A DNA stretch of 62,415 nucleotides, filler included, from Choristocarpus tenellus KU-1152 (taxonomy: Eukaryota > Protista > Phaeophyceae): the NCBI GenBank assembly GCA_964200185.2. It is 12 parts of 12 records of this genome, joined end to end, with 100 filler letters (N's around TTAATTAATTAA, not from the genome) between each part and the next. Parts side by side here need not be neighbours in the genome. Positions count along the whole stretch, not along the records: positions 1 to 3,276 come from CAXNAD020021101.1; positions 3,377 to 10,312 come from CAXNAD020007019.1; positions 10,413 to 15,991 come from CAXNAD020010363.1; 9 more parts are not named here. The stretch is one strand, 5' to 3'. Made by a program: the position numbers and the translations under genes. This document shows, piece after piece, positions 1-10,515 of this stretch. The notes under the pieces were generated by a model. That model ran no database searches. It was not told the origin of the DNA and was given only the letters and a program-made list of their open reading frames with translations. Numbering within the stretch: the stretch's first letter is position 1; each line of letters begins with the position of its first letter.

Positions 1-440
1 CCTTCTCCACTTGGGGTAGGGATTTTCCCTCTACAGTCCCTTCCACTAGACCTATCCACACACAGTACAGGGCAAAAGCAGTCCACTTCTATCTATCTAG
101 AGTCTTAGAGGACGTCCCATAGAGAGGATGCAAAGTGTGTTCCCTTACATGACAGTCCCAGATACACACCATAGTCAGTCAGTCAGTCGCACTGAAATGT
201 TGTTACTAATAGATAAGTAGCACTATTATTATTATTATTATTATTATGGACCGAATTGTTCAAAACATTGAAAATAATAAAAACACTACAATCTATCCCT
301 AACAACCAAAAAATAAAAAGAACCTTCACTGCTGTTCTCCTCTACATACCACTTCACTATCGCACATCATACAAGTACAGTACAAGTACGATACATACAA
401 TTATTATTATTAATATCAATATTATTATTATTATTTTCAC

Positions 441-3173
441 CTCTGGGTCCAGGTTCACATCGTTCTTGTCCGCCTTATTATTATCCACCAGCATCCTAAG
501 CAACTCCTCTAAACTGGCCAGCTCCGCAGCCTCTCCACTCGCCACAAGTCTCACCAAATTGTTGGCCACATGCTCTGGTGGGAGAGCTTCATCCTCCCCC
601 GTCTCTGGGTTCCCTCCAGCCCGGTTCACAAATACCTAATGTGGTACAATGTGGGTAGGGAGGTGGACCATGTTTGTACAAAATAGTAAACATCCAACAA
701 GGAGCATAGGAATAGAACACGCAGCTTGTATATTTTGGAATCATCCATTAAAAAAAAAAAATGTTAATAATAATAATAATAATAGTAATAAATACTCAGG
801 TACGGTACGACAAGCATGACAATTAAAAATATAATTATCAGAATGTTCTACAAACCACAGGGAACCTACAGCATCCACCGTTCATCCTATCAATAGAACC
901 AAAGCACACTCGACAAGTGCAACACCATCAATGTGATATACTCACATCCCATGGTGAGCACTACTACTAAACGCAGCAGAGAAGGCGTTCTGTAAGGAAA
1001 AACAGGTGCCAAAACAATTAGGAGGCTCACTACAAGAGTAGACTGATGTGGTAAGTACTTCCAGTAGTTATCAAGAGACTGGCAGGGAAGGGGGAGTGAC
1101 AGGGAGTGGTGGACTTCTCAACATTCTTTAAAAAAAAAAATGCATTGAAGAACCAGATATTTATCTTGTTGGCAAGAGAGTAAAAACCTTGTGAAGAGAG
1201 AGCTCTAGAGGTTGACAATAATCGCTGGAGAGTGTTGACCAAGGAGCAGCAGACTCATGACCAAAAGAGGGAGAGTTTGGTTGGGAGGAGGAAATTGGTA
1301 CAAAAGATGCATTTGATACTCCATATTTGATACTCCAGCACACCTACCTTAAAGGTATACCTTCATACCAAACGATAGATAAATCCAATCCAATCCAATG
1401 CACTCCATACCTCTTTCTCCCAAGCTACTAGTGCCAGTAGTGGACAGTCACTGTGTGAAGAACATGCCACCTTTTAATATTACAAGAGAGATTACCCACA
1501 CAGTTCCATACACTACTGTCCGAAAATCTCATTCCAAGAAGAGCCTACCCTACAGTTACTGATGTCTATTTAATCTCAGGCAGTACCCCCCCACGTCTAG
1601 GCATCCAAGAACCAGCAAAGAGCTGACCAATAGCCTGCCAACACCATCGGAACGTGACCAATCAGAACAAAACAAAAAATGCATTTCATCTGGCAGAGGT
1701 TCATAGACAGTACCACGACAATCCCAAACAACCAACTGAATACCAAACACTGCATTGTCTAAGAATGATGCTCACTTGACAGGACCCTTGATCAGCAATA
1801 CCTTCAACAATAGTACCTGTTATCCCAAGGGCAAAAATAGCTTACACTTTCACAGCATTTCCAGCACAATTTGACTGTCAGTAATTCAATTCCTCTCAAC
1901 CTAACACCACCCCAGTTATTACTCCAAACTGAACCAACATGTTCCATTAATAAGTAACATGTAAATATGCAGTGAGAATTGCGCAGTACTTCTCTATACC
2001 ATACCTCAACAAAGGTCTTCTTGGCCTCTTTCACCACCACCTCTTCACTGCGCCAGACTAGACTAATAGACTTCTTGATAGCTGCCATGGCACAGGAAAG
2101 GTCATAATGCCGTGCCTGAACAGTACAACACGTATATTTTATTTTATTACATGCATTTTTTTAATTATACACATGCACACACGTGAAAGGGAGTACAACT
2201 ATTTCAGGAGAAGTGATAAACCATACTAAATATCAGGCAAAGAGAAAAAGAAAAGGATCAGAGGAGTACGTCGACCTGCCAAGGGAAGGGGAGGGGGGGG
2301 GGGGGGGGGGGGGGGGGGAAAGGGGGGGGGGGGGGGGGGGAGACTCGATGACAGCGAGCGGTGGGTGGATTGTTACAAGTGATCTTGGCTACATGGACAG
2401 ACACATAAACAGATAGACAACAAAAAACGCCTGGCCAATGAAAAAGTGGTAAGAATCAAGCTAAAATAGACGCCTCCAAAGGCACACTACATACCTGCAG
2501 TCCATTTGACTGTGTCCTACAGATGCAAAGTGACTCGCCACCCATTTAAATTTTATCTCGAGGAAAATTTCAGACTACACAATTATTTCTTCTAACAAAG
2601 CATTTCTTTCTTTTCCTCACTAAATGCGTTATTTCTCCACCAGAGGGGCAGACCTCCATATCACCAAACCCCACCAAACTGAACAAAACATGCAACATCC
2701 TCATTCTTAATCTCATATCTCATTCTCATTCTCCTCCTTAATCTCACTCTTACTACTGCCTCGGCATAAAGTTAGGAAAGTCCTGCACCATGCCTCCAAG
2801 CACAAGAGACAAAACAAGAAATAAGTCACCACCAGTGCATCACCCCACCACCATCACCTCATTCCCATCAGCAAGTACTCTGCCAACCTTCTACAACCAG
2901 CATACATACACCAACACGACATTAAAAAAAAAAGTATTTTGTCAATACTATTTTCCCATCACAATACAAATAAAATATAATTAAAAAATAAAATAAAATT
3001 ACCGTGGTAAAAAATCGTAGTGATTCCACCACATCAGAGACCGTCCTGCTCCCCATCATATTCTCAAGGGAACCTGATGCACCCTCCAGCTCCCGGATAA
3101 AAGCCACTGCCGAACTAAACAGCTCCACCTCACGTAGCTTCTGAAAACGTAGTTGCTCTGCTTCAGTGACAAC
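441..3173 (-). CDS. NCAPD2: Condensin complex subunit 1 (Cnd1/CAP-D2), three internal exons, partial
   Basis: Phase-0 exons with GT-AG boundaries at 3173-3003, 2115-2005 and 635-441. They join to ...SAVAFIRELEGASGSLENMMGSRTVSDVVESLRFFTT|ARHYDLSCAMAAIKKSISLVWRSEEVVVKEAKKTFVE|VFV...HVANNLVRLVASGEAAELASLEELL. This matches the CAP-D2 HEAT region pattern (S..sdv.E...Ff ... LvW..e ... a.nL..l ... l.slEell). Confidence 0.8.
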
Positions 3174-3254
3174 CTGGTTATCAGTACCAGTACCAGCAAT
3201 TACAGGAACAATTAAGAAACACAATACTTCGGACACCAATCACCACCAGAAAAA

Positions 3255-3276
3255 GGGTCAAAGTATCTGGGGGGGG
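3255..3276 (-). mobile_element. MITE family A terminus (truncated by gap)
   Basis: GGGTCAAAGTATCTGGGGGGGG is the reverse complement of the family A right terminus. Confidence 0.8.
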
Positions 3277-3376
3277 NNNNNNNNNNNNNNNNNNNNNNNN
3301 NNNNNNNNNNNNNNNNNNNNTTAATTAATTAANNNNNNNNNNNNNNNNNNNNNNNNNNNNNNNNNNNNNNNNNNNN
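3277..3376. other. Artificial contig-joining linker (44N + TTAATTAATTAA + 44N), one of 11
   Basis: Identical 100-bp linker with stops in all six frames at 3277-3376, 10313-10412, 15992-16091, 21678-21777, 26940-27039, 30084-30183, 36862-36961, 40622-40721, 49576-49675, 52287-52386 and 56359-56458. Confidence 0.98.
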
Positions 3377-3403
3377 CCCCCACCCCCCCAGATACTTTGG
3401 GTC
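3377..3403 (-). mobile_element. MITE family A terminus abutting the interior of a family B copy
   Basis: CCCCCCCAGATACTTTGGGTC is the reverse complement of the GACCCAAAGTATCTGGG terminus. Confidence 0.8.
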
Positions 3404-3596
3404 GTTTATAATGACATCTTATCTACTCCAAAATGTTTCGGAGTAGATAAAATGTATACGTTATGAAAAGGAGTGTCTGGAACAAGGATAATTGACATCT
3501 CCAAACAAACATGATGGCCAAAATTACATCAAAATCGCCACATTGGATTTTGGCCCCCAAATGGACGCGCCCCTACCCTCTAAAATACTTTGACTC
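3404..3596 (+). mobile_element. MITE family B, 5'-truncated copy
   Basis: Aligns with 29050-29315 and 59817-60074. Ends CCCCAAATGGACGCGCCCCTACCCTCTAAAATACTTTGACTC. Confidence 0.85.
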
Positions 3597-4028
3597 TTTT
3601 CGGACTTGAACTTCTCGAGGTCGTGTTCGGATGTGTCGTTCTTGTCTGGGGTGATTACGATGGTTGTGACTCTAGTTATCTCTGTGATGGTGGAGGAGTA
3701 GGCAAAGGACGTGGTGAAGTAGGGGTCAAAACAACGGGAGGAGGCGTTAGCGTTAGGAGGCAAGGGGTGAGATAGAGGTTGGTGAGAAGGAGTAAGCGAG
3801 GCAGGATACAGAGGAGGAGGTAGGGGCCGAGGAAAGGATGGATGGATCAGAGTACTTGTGGTTCATAAAAATGGGCGGATTATATTCGAGCACATAAAAC
3901 AGGAAGACAAACAGAGCTGATAACACAGGGTGAAGAGGATGCGTATAGGACTAGCGTGTAACCGTGACATAATTTCCCTTCTTTTGCTGGGTTCTGTCAA
4001 TCGGTACAACACACAGCGAAAATATGAA

Positions 4029-7000
4029 TCAATCTGTCGACGTGCAACTTCGCAACACATGAACCGGAGAACCCTGTGACAATGTTCGTTGTGAAACTAT
4101 CAAACGTCGGTAAGATCTGTGAGAGTCTAGGTTGTGTGTTTGGTGTAGGGAACCATGTTTGGATGTTAACCTATGGCGATGTTGTACAATGATGTAATTG
4201 CCTCTGTGTTCGTCACTGGTGTTCAGGGTAACGCCCTCAGAGTATTTGACGATGTCCAGGTATTTTGTACCCTCCTCCATATCCTCCCTCAACACGAGGT
4301 CCCTTTTCACCTGTGGAATTTATGGATTACATTAATGTCCGCGATCAGGGCATTTATTGTGAGGTGGCTTGATACGAACTGAAATACGGTGGAGAGATGA
4401 GATGATGAACCTCACACACAGTTGAGTACCTCGTCGCTGAGGATGTATTTTTTGGTAGGAGGACCCCCTGCTGAAGACCCTGCTGATGAGTCATCGGCGT
4501 AGGGGTCCATCCCGAGTTTGTCTTTCCTTTTTAGGTCGTTCATAACTTGTATGGTGACCTCCAGAACAGCCCTCTTGATGAGGACATTCTTGGTGTGCAT
4601 GCGTCTCATGTATGCCAATTGGACAGGTTGAGACGCCCACTCCTCCTCCGCCTGGGCGGCAGACACCGCGTCTGGATCGCCGACTCCTGGTCTATTCTTC
4701 TTCCCCTTTCCTCTTGTCTTCTTCTTTCCTTTGTCCTGGTCGGTCGGGGGCCGTTTGTTCCGGACGCCCCTAAGAGTGTGGGAGAACTGTCATGGAGAAG
4801 CACATAGGTAGTGGAACTGTAATTCACATGGATGACATGGGTGCCTGCCTTGCGAGGCACGAACCAGATGGTAAACATTGCGACTGTTGCAGGTTCAGCA
4901 GGATGGTATATGCATATACATTCATACGTTACTTGAATCGTCACGGTCAAAATCGACTTATCCATTCCTCTGGAAATGTCTCCGTCCTGACAATGCACGT
5001 CAACGAGAGTGCGTTAGTAGGCAATTTTTGGCAGCCTGTTCTGAGAAGACGTGTGCAGCCACCTTGACAATGTTGCGCCAGCGAAGGCCTTGGGGAGTCT
5101 CCCCTCTAAGGATGGCTAAGCCGGCTCCAGCAAGGACATCGGTGCACTTCTAATGAAATACTGCTCCTTGACCTCGTCCATGAGCTACATGTACGTCAAA
5201 TGTGCGATGGTGTGTCGTTAGGAGACCGATAAAGAACGAGCTTTGAGGATGTTGAGGATTTAGGGTTAGCATTGAATCCATCAGAGAGGGATTACGAGGG
5301 GATGCGCTTAGCGCAGCGTAACCCTGTGGGTTTGGGGTTCTTTGGAAACTGATGGCCTTTACCGTTCGACAGAACACATCAAATTCGTTCATTACTGTCT
5401 GCCCAATGTCAAGTGTGGCGTCGTCGTGTGGGGACAACATAGTTGGGAATGTTTACCCCACCTTCAACCTGTAGGTGTGTGTGATTCCCGCGCTGTTCTT
5501 GAGGGATTTGATGGCAGCATCCGGGATAGCATACCACAGCACAGTGAACATGTAAGCCACTCTGACGTCGAAGCTGTCCTAGTCCGGTGTGCGTTGGGTG
5601 TTTGAAGGATAAGGTGACACGATCAGGACAGAAGAACGTGGGAGTGGGAGTGGGTCTGTTGGTTAATGGCGTATGTCATAAGGTCGGTAGCATTACCAAT
5701 GTATGAAATGCCAATTCAAGCTCAGTATGCGAAGGCAGGGTTACTATGGTGTTGTTGAACTGTTAGTGATGGGGTATTGGATGTACAAATGTGGGGACGG
5801 CTGCACCGCCTTACACTTGACCTGTCGCGCTTCTTGTGCTCTCTCCACATACCAAGAAGGATCTCCTCCAGTTCTTTTGTCTCTGGTGGAACATAGTGAG
5901 GGGAAGAAAGGGATCGGGTTGGTTGGCTAAACGACGCGGAATTAGTTTGGATATATGCAACGAAAGGTAGGCAGTGCTTCACAATCGTTTCACGAATCGT
6001 TTCCTGTGAAAGGAGCCGTGAGAATCTCACCTTCTCCCGCGCATATGAAGACAAGAGTGGCGATCGCATTGAAGAATTGGACGGAGGTCTGGTCGGTGAG
6101 TCTATTCACCCCGGCTTCCATATGTATGTCCTCCCAAGCTTCTTTGAGTAATGCCTTTATGTTTGCAGCTACCCTCCTCTTAACAACCGTCTGTAACGTG
6201 GCGTCGGCACTCCGGAAGTCTATATCACCTAGACAGTACTGATTGCACTTGGTTACCAGTGTTGCCATGCGCGTGCGACGATCAGAGTCCTTTTCCATTT
6301 CCCGGATGTAGGGGTGGGACCTGTCGCAACTGAAGTCGCGCCTATACTCCAGGATAGCGGCAACCCAAGACACCATCCAATAGAATATGTCTAGGATGTT
6401 TGGGACATGCGACCTGCTGGCTGCAACGCTATGGAGATTGAATCAGCCTTCTCCCGGCTGCAATGTGGATATATCTTCCGCATGAAGCTCCTGTGGTGGG
6501 TGATCTGGAGGTTTGCTCCTAATTCCGAGGCCCATCGCGTTGCGACATGGGGCGAGAGGTTGATGCCACAAGGGACATTGTCCTCCTTGGCGACGCACTC
6601 GATTGTCCTCAACACCATCATTCGGTGTTGTCCATCAAGGCAAAATAAGAGGTTGTCGTCGTCCTCTATCGCCCTATTGTCGCCATTATGGTCCACGTCC
6701 AAGTTGTTATTGGCGATATAATATTCAAATAGTTCCCTGTCGGGCACACTGGAGGGCACGTTTACCCTGCGCATGTCGGCTTTGAAGTCGTTTATGGTCT
6801 TCCATCTCGAGCACAGGGGAAAAGGCTGCCCACTCAGGATCCCAGTGAGCCTATCGGCGGCGACCAGTGGGTCCAGCCCCAGCTTCAAGAACATAGACTC
6901 CACTCTATTGTCTATTATCTCTGTGTCAAGAAGTCAAATGTGGCGAGGTCCAATGTACACGTCGCGCTGAGGTTCGACGTTATCAGGTCTGTGGTCTTTT

Positions 7001-7035
7001 GGTGCTCATGAATCCCTGGGCCTCCGGCTGGCTTT
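4029..7035 (-). pseudogene. Intron-containing gene for a large ParB/Srx-fold (DGQHR-motif) protein, disrupted
   Basis: LLFCLDGQHRMMVL (DGQHR at 6636-6622), preceded by RHI*LLDTEIIDNRVESMFLKLGLDP, which resembles a ParB N-terminus. Predicted exons ~7035-5815, 5578-4933, 4786-4430 and 4310-4029 have phase-0 GT-AG introns that keep the ORF frames. In-frame stops at 7008, 6936, 5455 and 5152; frameshifts near 6410, 6025 and 5010. Basic NLS-like KGKKKTRGKGKKNR in exon 3. Confidence 0.6.
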
Positions 7036-7395
7036 CTGTGAAGGTAGAGAGGAAAATGTTAGGACAACGGTATCAGCAAAGGAGAAGGATATCGACATAG
7101 GGGTGTATGCTATGGTTAGCCGAGCACAGCAAGGTTGTCTTTATACGAACAGTGATGGACTATGTGATTAATGATGACGGGATCTGTATGGAGTGCAGAG
7201 TTCGTGTCTATGCGTGGGTTATGCAAACCTGATATGACATGGGCGTAGCGATGCTGTGGACACGAGGACGGCGTAACGCTTTGCTCAAAGGCCGCTATTT
7301 ACTAATAAATATCGAACTGTTAACCCAGTCAACATGAGATGAATATTGAATATGAGTACACGCCAATACCGGACGCAGACTGGAAGGAATTACGA

Positions 7396-7965
7396 GGGCA
7401 ATCATGCACAGGTTTGTGCTTGACATAGGGCAGGTAATAATGGATGAATTTCATATGTGTTCCGTCGAACGGTAGGAGCCATCAACATCCAAAGCGCGGC
7501 AAGACTGTTAGGGTGTGTGTGTGTCGATTTGAAATAGTAATCCTGAACAGGAAAATCTAACGTTGAATCTCGAAAGTGAAAGTTGAACATGAAAGGAATT
7601 TATGCGCTGACCCCGGTTAGATGTCAGGAGGGCAATCATGCACAGGTTTATGCTTGACATATGGCAGCCAGTGATGAATTAATTTCATGTGTTCTGTCGA
7701 GCAGTAAAGGCCATCAATTTCCAAACCGCGGCAAGACGGTTGGGGGTGTGTGTGTCCATTTGAAATACTAACAACCTGAGCGGGAAAACATGACGTCGAA
7801 CTGCAAAAGTGAAAGATGAAGATGAAAGGAATTTACGCACTGACCCAGGTTGGATGTCAGGGGGGCAACCGTGCGCAGGTTTGTGCTTGACATAAGGTAA
7901 ATGCCATCAAATTCCAAAGGGCGGCAAGACGGTTGAGGGTGTGTGTATGTCCATTTCCGATACGA
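7396..7965. repeat. Tandem repeat, ~233-234-bp unit, about 2.4 copies
   Basis: Units start GGGCAA(T/C)C(A/G)TGC(A/G)CAGGTTT(G/A)TGCTTGACATA at 7396, 7630 and 7863. Shared internal blocks GCGGCAAGAC..TT.GGG.GTGTGTGTGTC and AAAGTGAAAG.TGAA.ATGAA.GGAATTTA.GC.CTGACCC. Confidence 0.9.
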
Positions 7966-8302
7966 ACCTTATCGGAAATGTTCCAATGGTATCGGAGTCA
8001 TTACACGTGTGTATCGAAGTTTTTACCACGTCACCCTGGACAGACCGATGTTGTCGTGGAATCTTGCTTCTATTTCGGATCAGTTGTCTGATTACTCCCA
8101 ACAAATATGACTGCGACACATGTTCCAATTTCCGAACAAGATTCGGTCGAATTCGCAGTAGTCATTTCAAACTAAAGCCGTTGAACTGATTCTATGTTGA
8201 CAGCTTCGATGCGAGGTGAAAACTGTAAATAGCGGATTGGGATTAGTGTTAAAAATTTAGGTGATTTAGTTTGGTTAGGGCTAGAGTTGGTGTCATGGGT
8301 GC

Positions 8303-8556
8303 TGGTCGAAATATCTTACTGGTAGGGCCGCGTCCATTTGGCGGACAAATTCAAATGTTGCATTTTTCCTGTCAATCTTGCCATCATTCTTGTTTGGAGA
8401 TGTCAATATTCTTTATCCGAACACTCCTTTCCATAGTATAGACATTGCACTTCTCCAAACCATTTTGGAGTAAGTACAATGTCCTTGAACTCCGTGGGCA
8501 GCAAAGACCCAAAGGACAACCAGCGAAAAACTCGTGCACCCTAACATAGAGTTCGA
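8303..8556 (-). mobile_element. MITE family B, older diverged copy in reverse orientation
   Basis: TGGTCGAAATATCTTACTGGTAGGGCCGCGTCCATTTGG...TTGTTTGGAGATGTCAATATT...CATTTTGGAGTA...CCCAAAGGACAA...CCCTAACATA aligns end to end with the reverse complement of 59817-60074. Confidence 0.75.
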
Positions 8557-10312
8557 ATCTGAAACTGCCGGTGTTGCCACTGCTGACAGATGGTGCGTAC
8601 ACGGTTGAAGAGGTAATGAATACAGGGCATCGGATTTGAAAGTGTTGGTAACACCACCATCTGAAGCTGGTCAGTACACGGTAATAATAGAGGTAACAAA
8701 TACAGGGTATCGAATCTGAAAATGCTGGTGTTACCACTGTTGACAGGTGGTTTGCACACTGTTGTAAAGGTAAGAAGTAAAGGGTACTGAATCTGAAAAA
8801 GTTGGTATTACCAACTGTTGAGAGATGGTGTGTACGCGGTTGGAAACGCAAATAATTACAGGGCATCGAATCTGAAAATGCTGATATCGCCACCATTGAC
8901 AGGTGGTGTGTACACGGTTGAAAAGGTAACAAATACAGGGTACTGAATTTGAAAATGCTGGTGTTACCGGCATTGACAGGTGGTGTGTAAACGGTTGGAA
9001 ACGCAAAAAATTACAGCGTATCGAATCTGAAAATGCTGGTATCATCACCATCGACAGGTGGAGTGTACATGGATGGAAACGATAATAATTACGGGGTATC
9101 GAATAGGAAAATGCTGGTATCACCACCATTGACTGGTGGTTTATACACGGTTGAAATGGTAACAAATACAAGGTACTGAATTTGAAAATGCTAGTGTTAC
9201 TACTGCTGACAGGTGGTGTGTACACGGTCGAGAACGCAAATAATTACAGGGTGTGGAATATGAAAATGCTGGTATCACCACCATCGACAGGCGATGTGTA
9301 CACGGTTGTAAAGGTAACAAATACAGGGTACTGAATTTGGAAATACTGGTATCATCACCATTAACAGGTGTTGTGTACACGGATGGAAACGAAAATGAGT
9401 ACAGGGTTTCGAATAGGAAAATGCTGGTATCACCACCATTGACCGGTGGTATGTACACGGTTGTAAAGATAACAAATACAGGGTACGGAATTTGAAAATG
9501 CTGGTGTTACCAGCATTGACAGGTGGTGTGTACACGGTTGGAAACGCAATTATTTGCAGAGCATTGAATCTGACAATGTTGGTATCGCCACCATCGACAG
9601 GTGGTGTGTACACGGTTGTAAAGGTAACAAAAACAGGATACGGAGTTTGAAAATGCTGGTGTTACCACTGCTGACAGGCGGTGTGTACATGATTGGAAAC
9701 GTAAATAATTACGGGGTATCGAACCTGAAAATGCTAGGATCACCACCATTGACAGGTGGTGTGTACACGGTTGTGAAGGTAACGAATACGGAGTATTGAA
9801 TTTGAAAGTCCTAATGTTACCACTGCTGACAGGTGGTGTGTACCCGGTTGGGAACGCAAATAATTACAGGGCATCGAATCTAAAATTGCTGGTATCTCCA
9901 CCATTGACAGGTGGTGTGTACACGGTTGTAAAGGTAATGAGTACAGGGTACACTGGATTTGAAAATTCTGGTGTTACCACTGCTGATAGCTGGTGCTTAC
10001 ACGGTTGGAAACGCAAAACGTTACAGGTGATCGAGTCTTAAAATGCTGGTATCACCACCATCGACAAGTGGCATGTACACGGTTGTGTAGGCAACAAATA
10101 CAGGGTACTGAATTTAAACATACTGTTGTTACCACTACTGACAGGTGGTGTGTACACGGTTGGAAACGCAAATGATAGAAACTGAAAACGCTGGTGTCAC
10201 CACCATTGACGGATGGTGTGTGCATGGTTGTAAGGGTAACGAATACAGGGTGCTGAATTTGGAAATGCTTGTGTTACCACCCCTGACTGTTGGTGTGTAC
10301 ACGGTTGGAAAC
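8555..10312. repeat. Tandem array of ~23 units of 77/78 bp, mostly alternating A/B (155-bp higher-order repeat); runs into the gap
   Basis: Consensus GAATYTGAAAATGCTGGTRTYACCACYRYTGACAGGTGGTGTGTACACGGTTG followed by tail A (TAAAGGTAACAAATACAGGGTACT) or tail B (GAAACGCAAATAATTACAGGGCATC). Unit starts approximately at 8712, 8789, 8868, 8945, 9023, 9101, 9178, 9256, 9333, 9411, 9488 and onward. Confidence 0.95.
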
Positions 10313-10412
10313 NNNNNNNNNNNNNNNNNNNNNNNNNNNNNNNNNNNNNNNNNNNNTTAATTAATTAANNNNNNNNNNNNNNNNNNNNNNNNNNNNNNNN
10401 NNNNNNNNNNNN

Positions 10413-10457
10413 CAAAAGGAAACCCACCACCCCCCCCCCCCCCAGATACTTTGAGCC
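10413..10457 (+). mobile_element. MITE family A right terminus
   Basis: Poly-C followed by CCCAGATACTTTGAGCC. Confidence 0.8.
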
Positions 10458-10515
10458 TCATCAGTTAGTCAACACAATGATTAAAAAAAAAACTTCACAA
10501 CACTTGAACACAAAC

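Noticed and set aside
3321-3332. Recurrent TTAATTAATTAA palindrome as a biological site
   Set aside because: Always centred in an identical 100-bp N linker; a synthetic six-frame stop spacer.
3255-3403. A single MITE spanning the gap with a GGGTC target duplication
   Set aside because: GGGTC is part of the element termini in other copies, the outer flanks (AAA and GTT) differ, and the two sides are different contigs.
8230-8290. Telomere-like GGTTAGGG sequence (also near 23690, 29870 and 43665)
   Set aside because: Only one or two degenerate units each; insufficient to call a telomere or a Helitron.
8325-8360. Helitron-type terminal hairpin GTCC..GGAC
   Set aside because: Explained as the subterminal motif of the reverse MITE-B copy.
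8555-10312. CRISPR or other guide-RNA array
   Set aside because: Units are homologous along their full length with only two alternating tails. There are no unique spacers and no cas-like genes.
8384-10360. Repeat-protein ORFs called across the array
   Set aside because: The 77-bp units shift frame at every dimer, so ORFs on both strands are by-products of the repeat.
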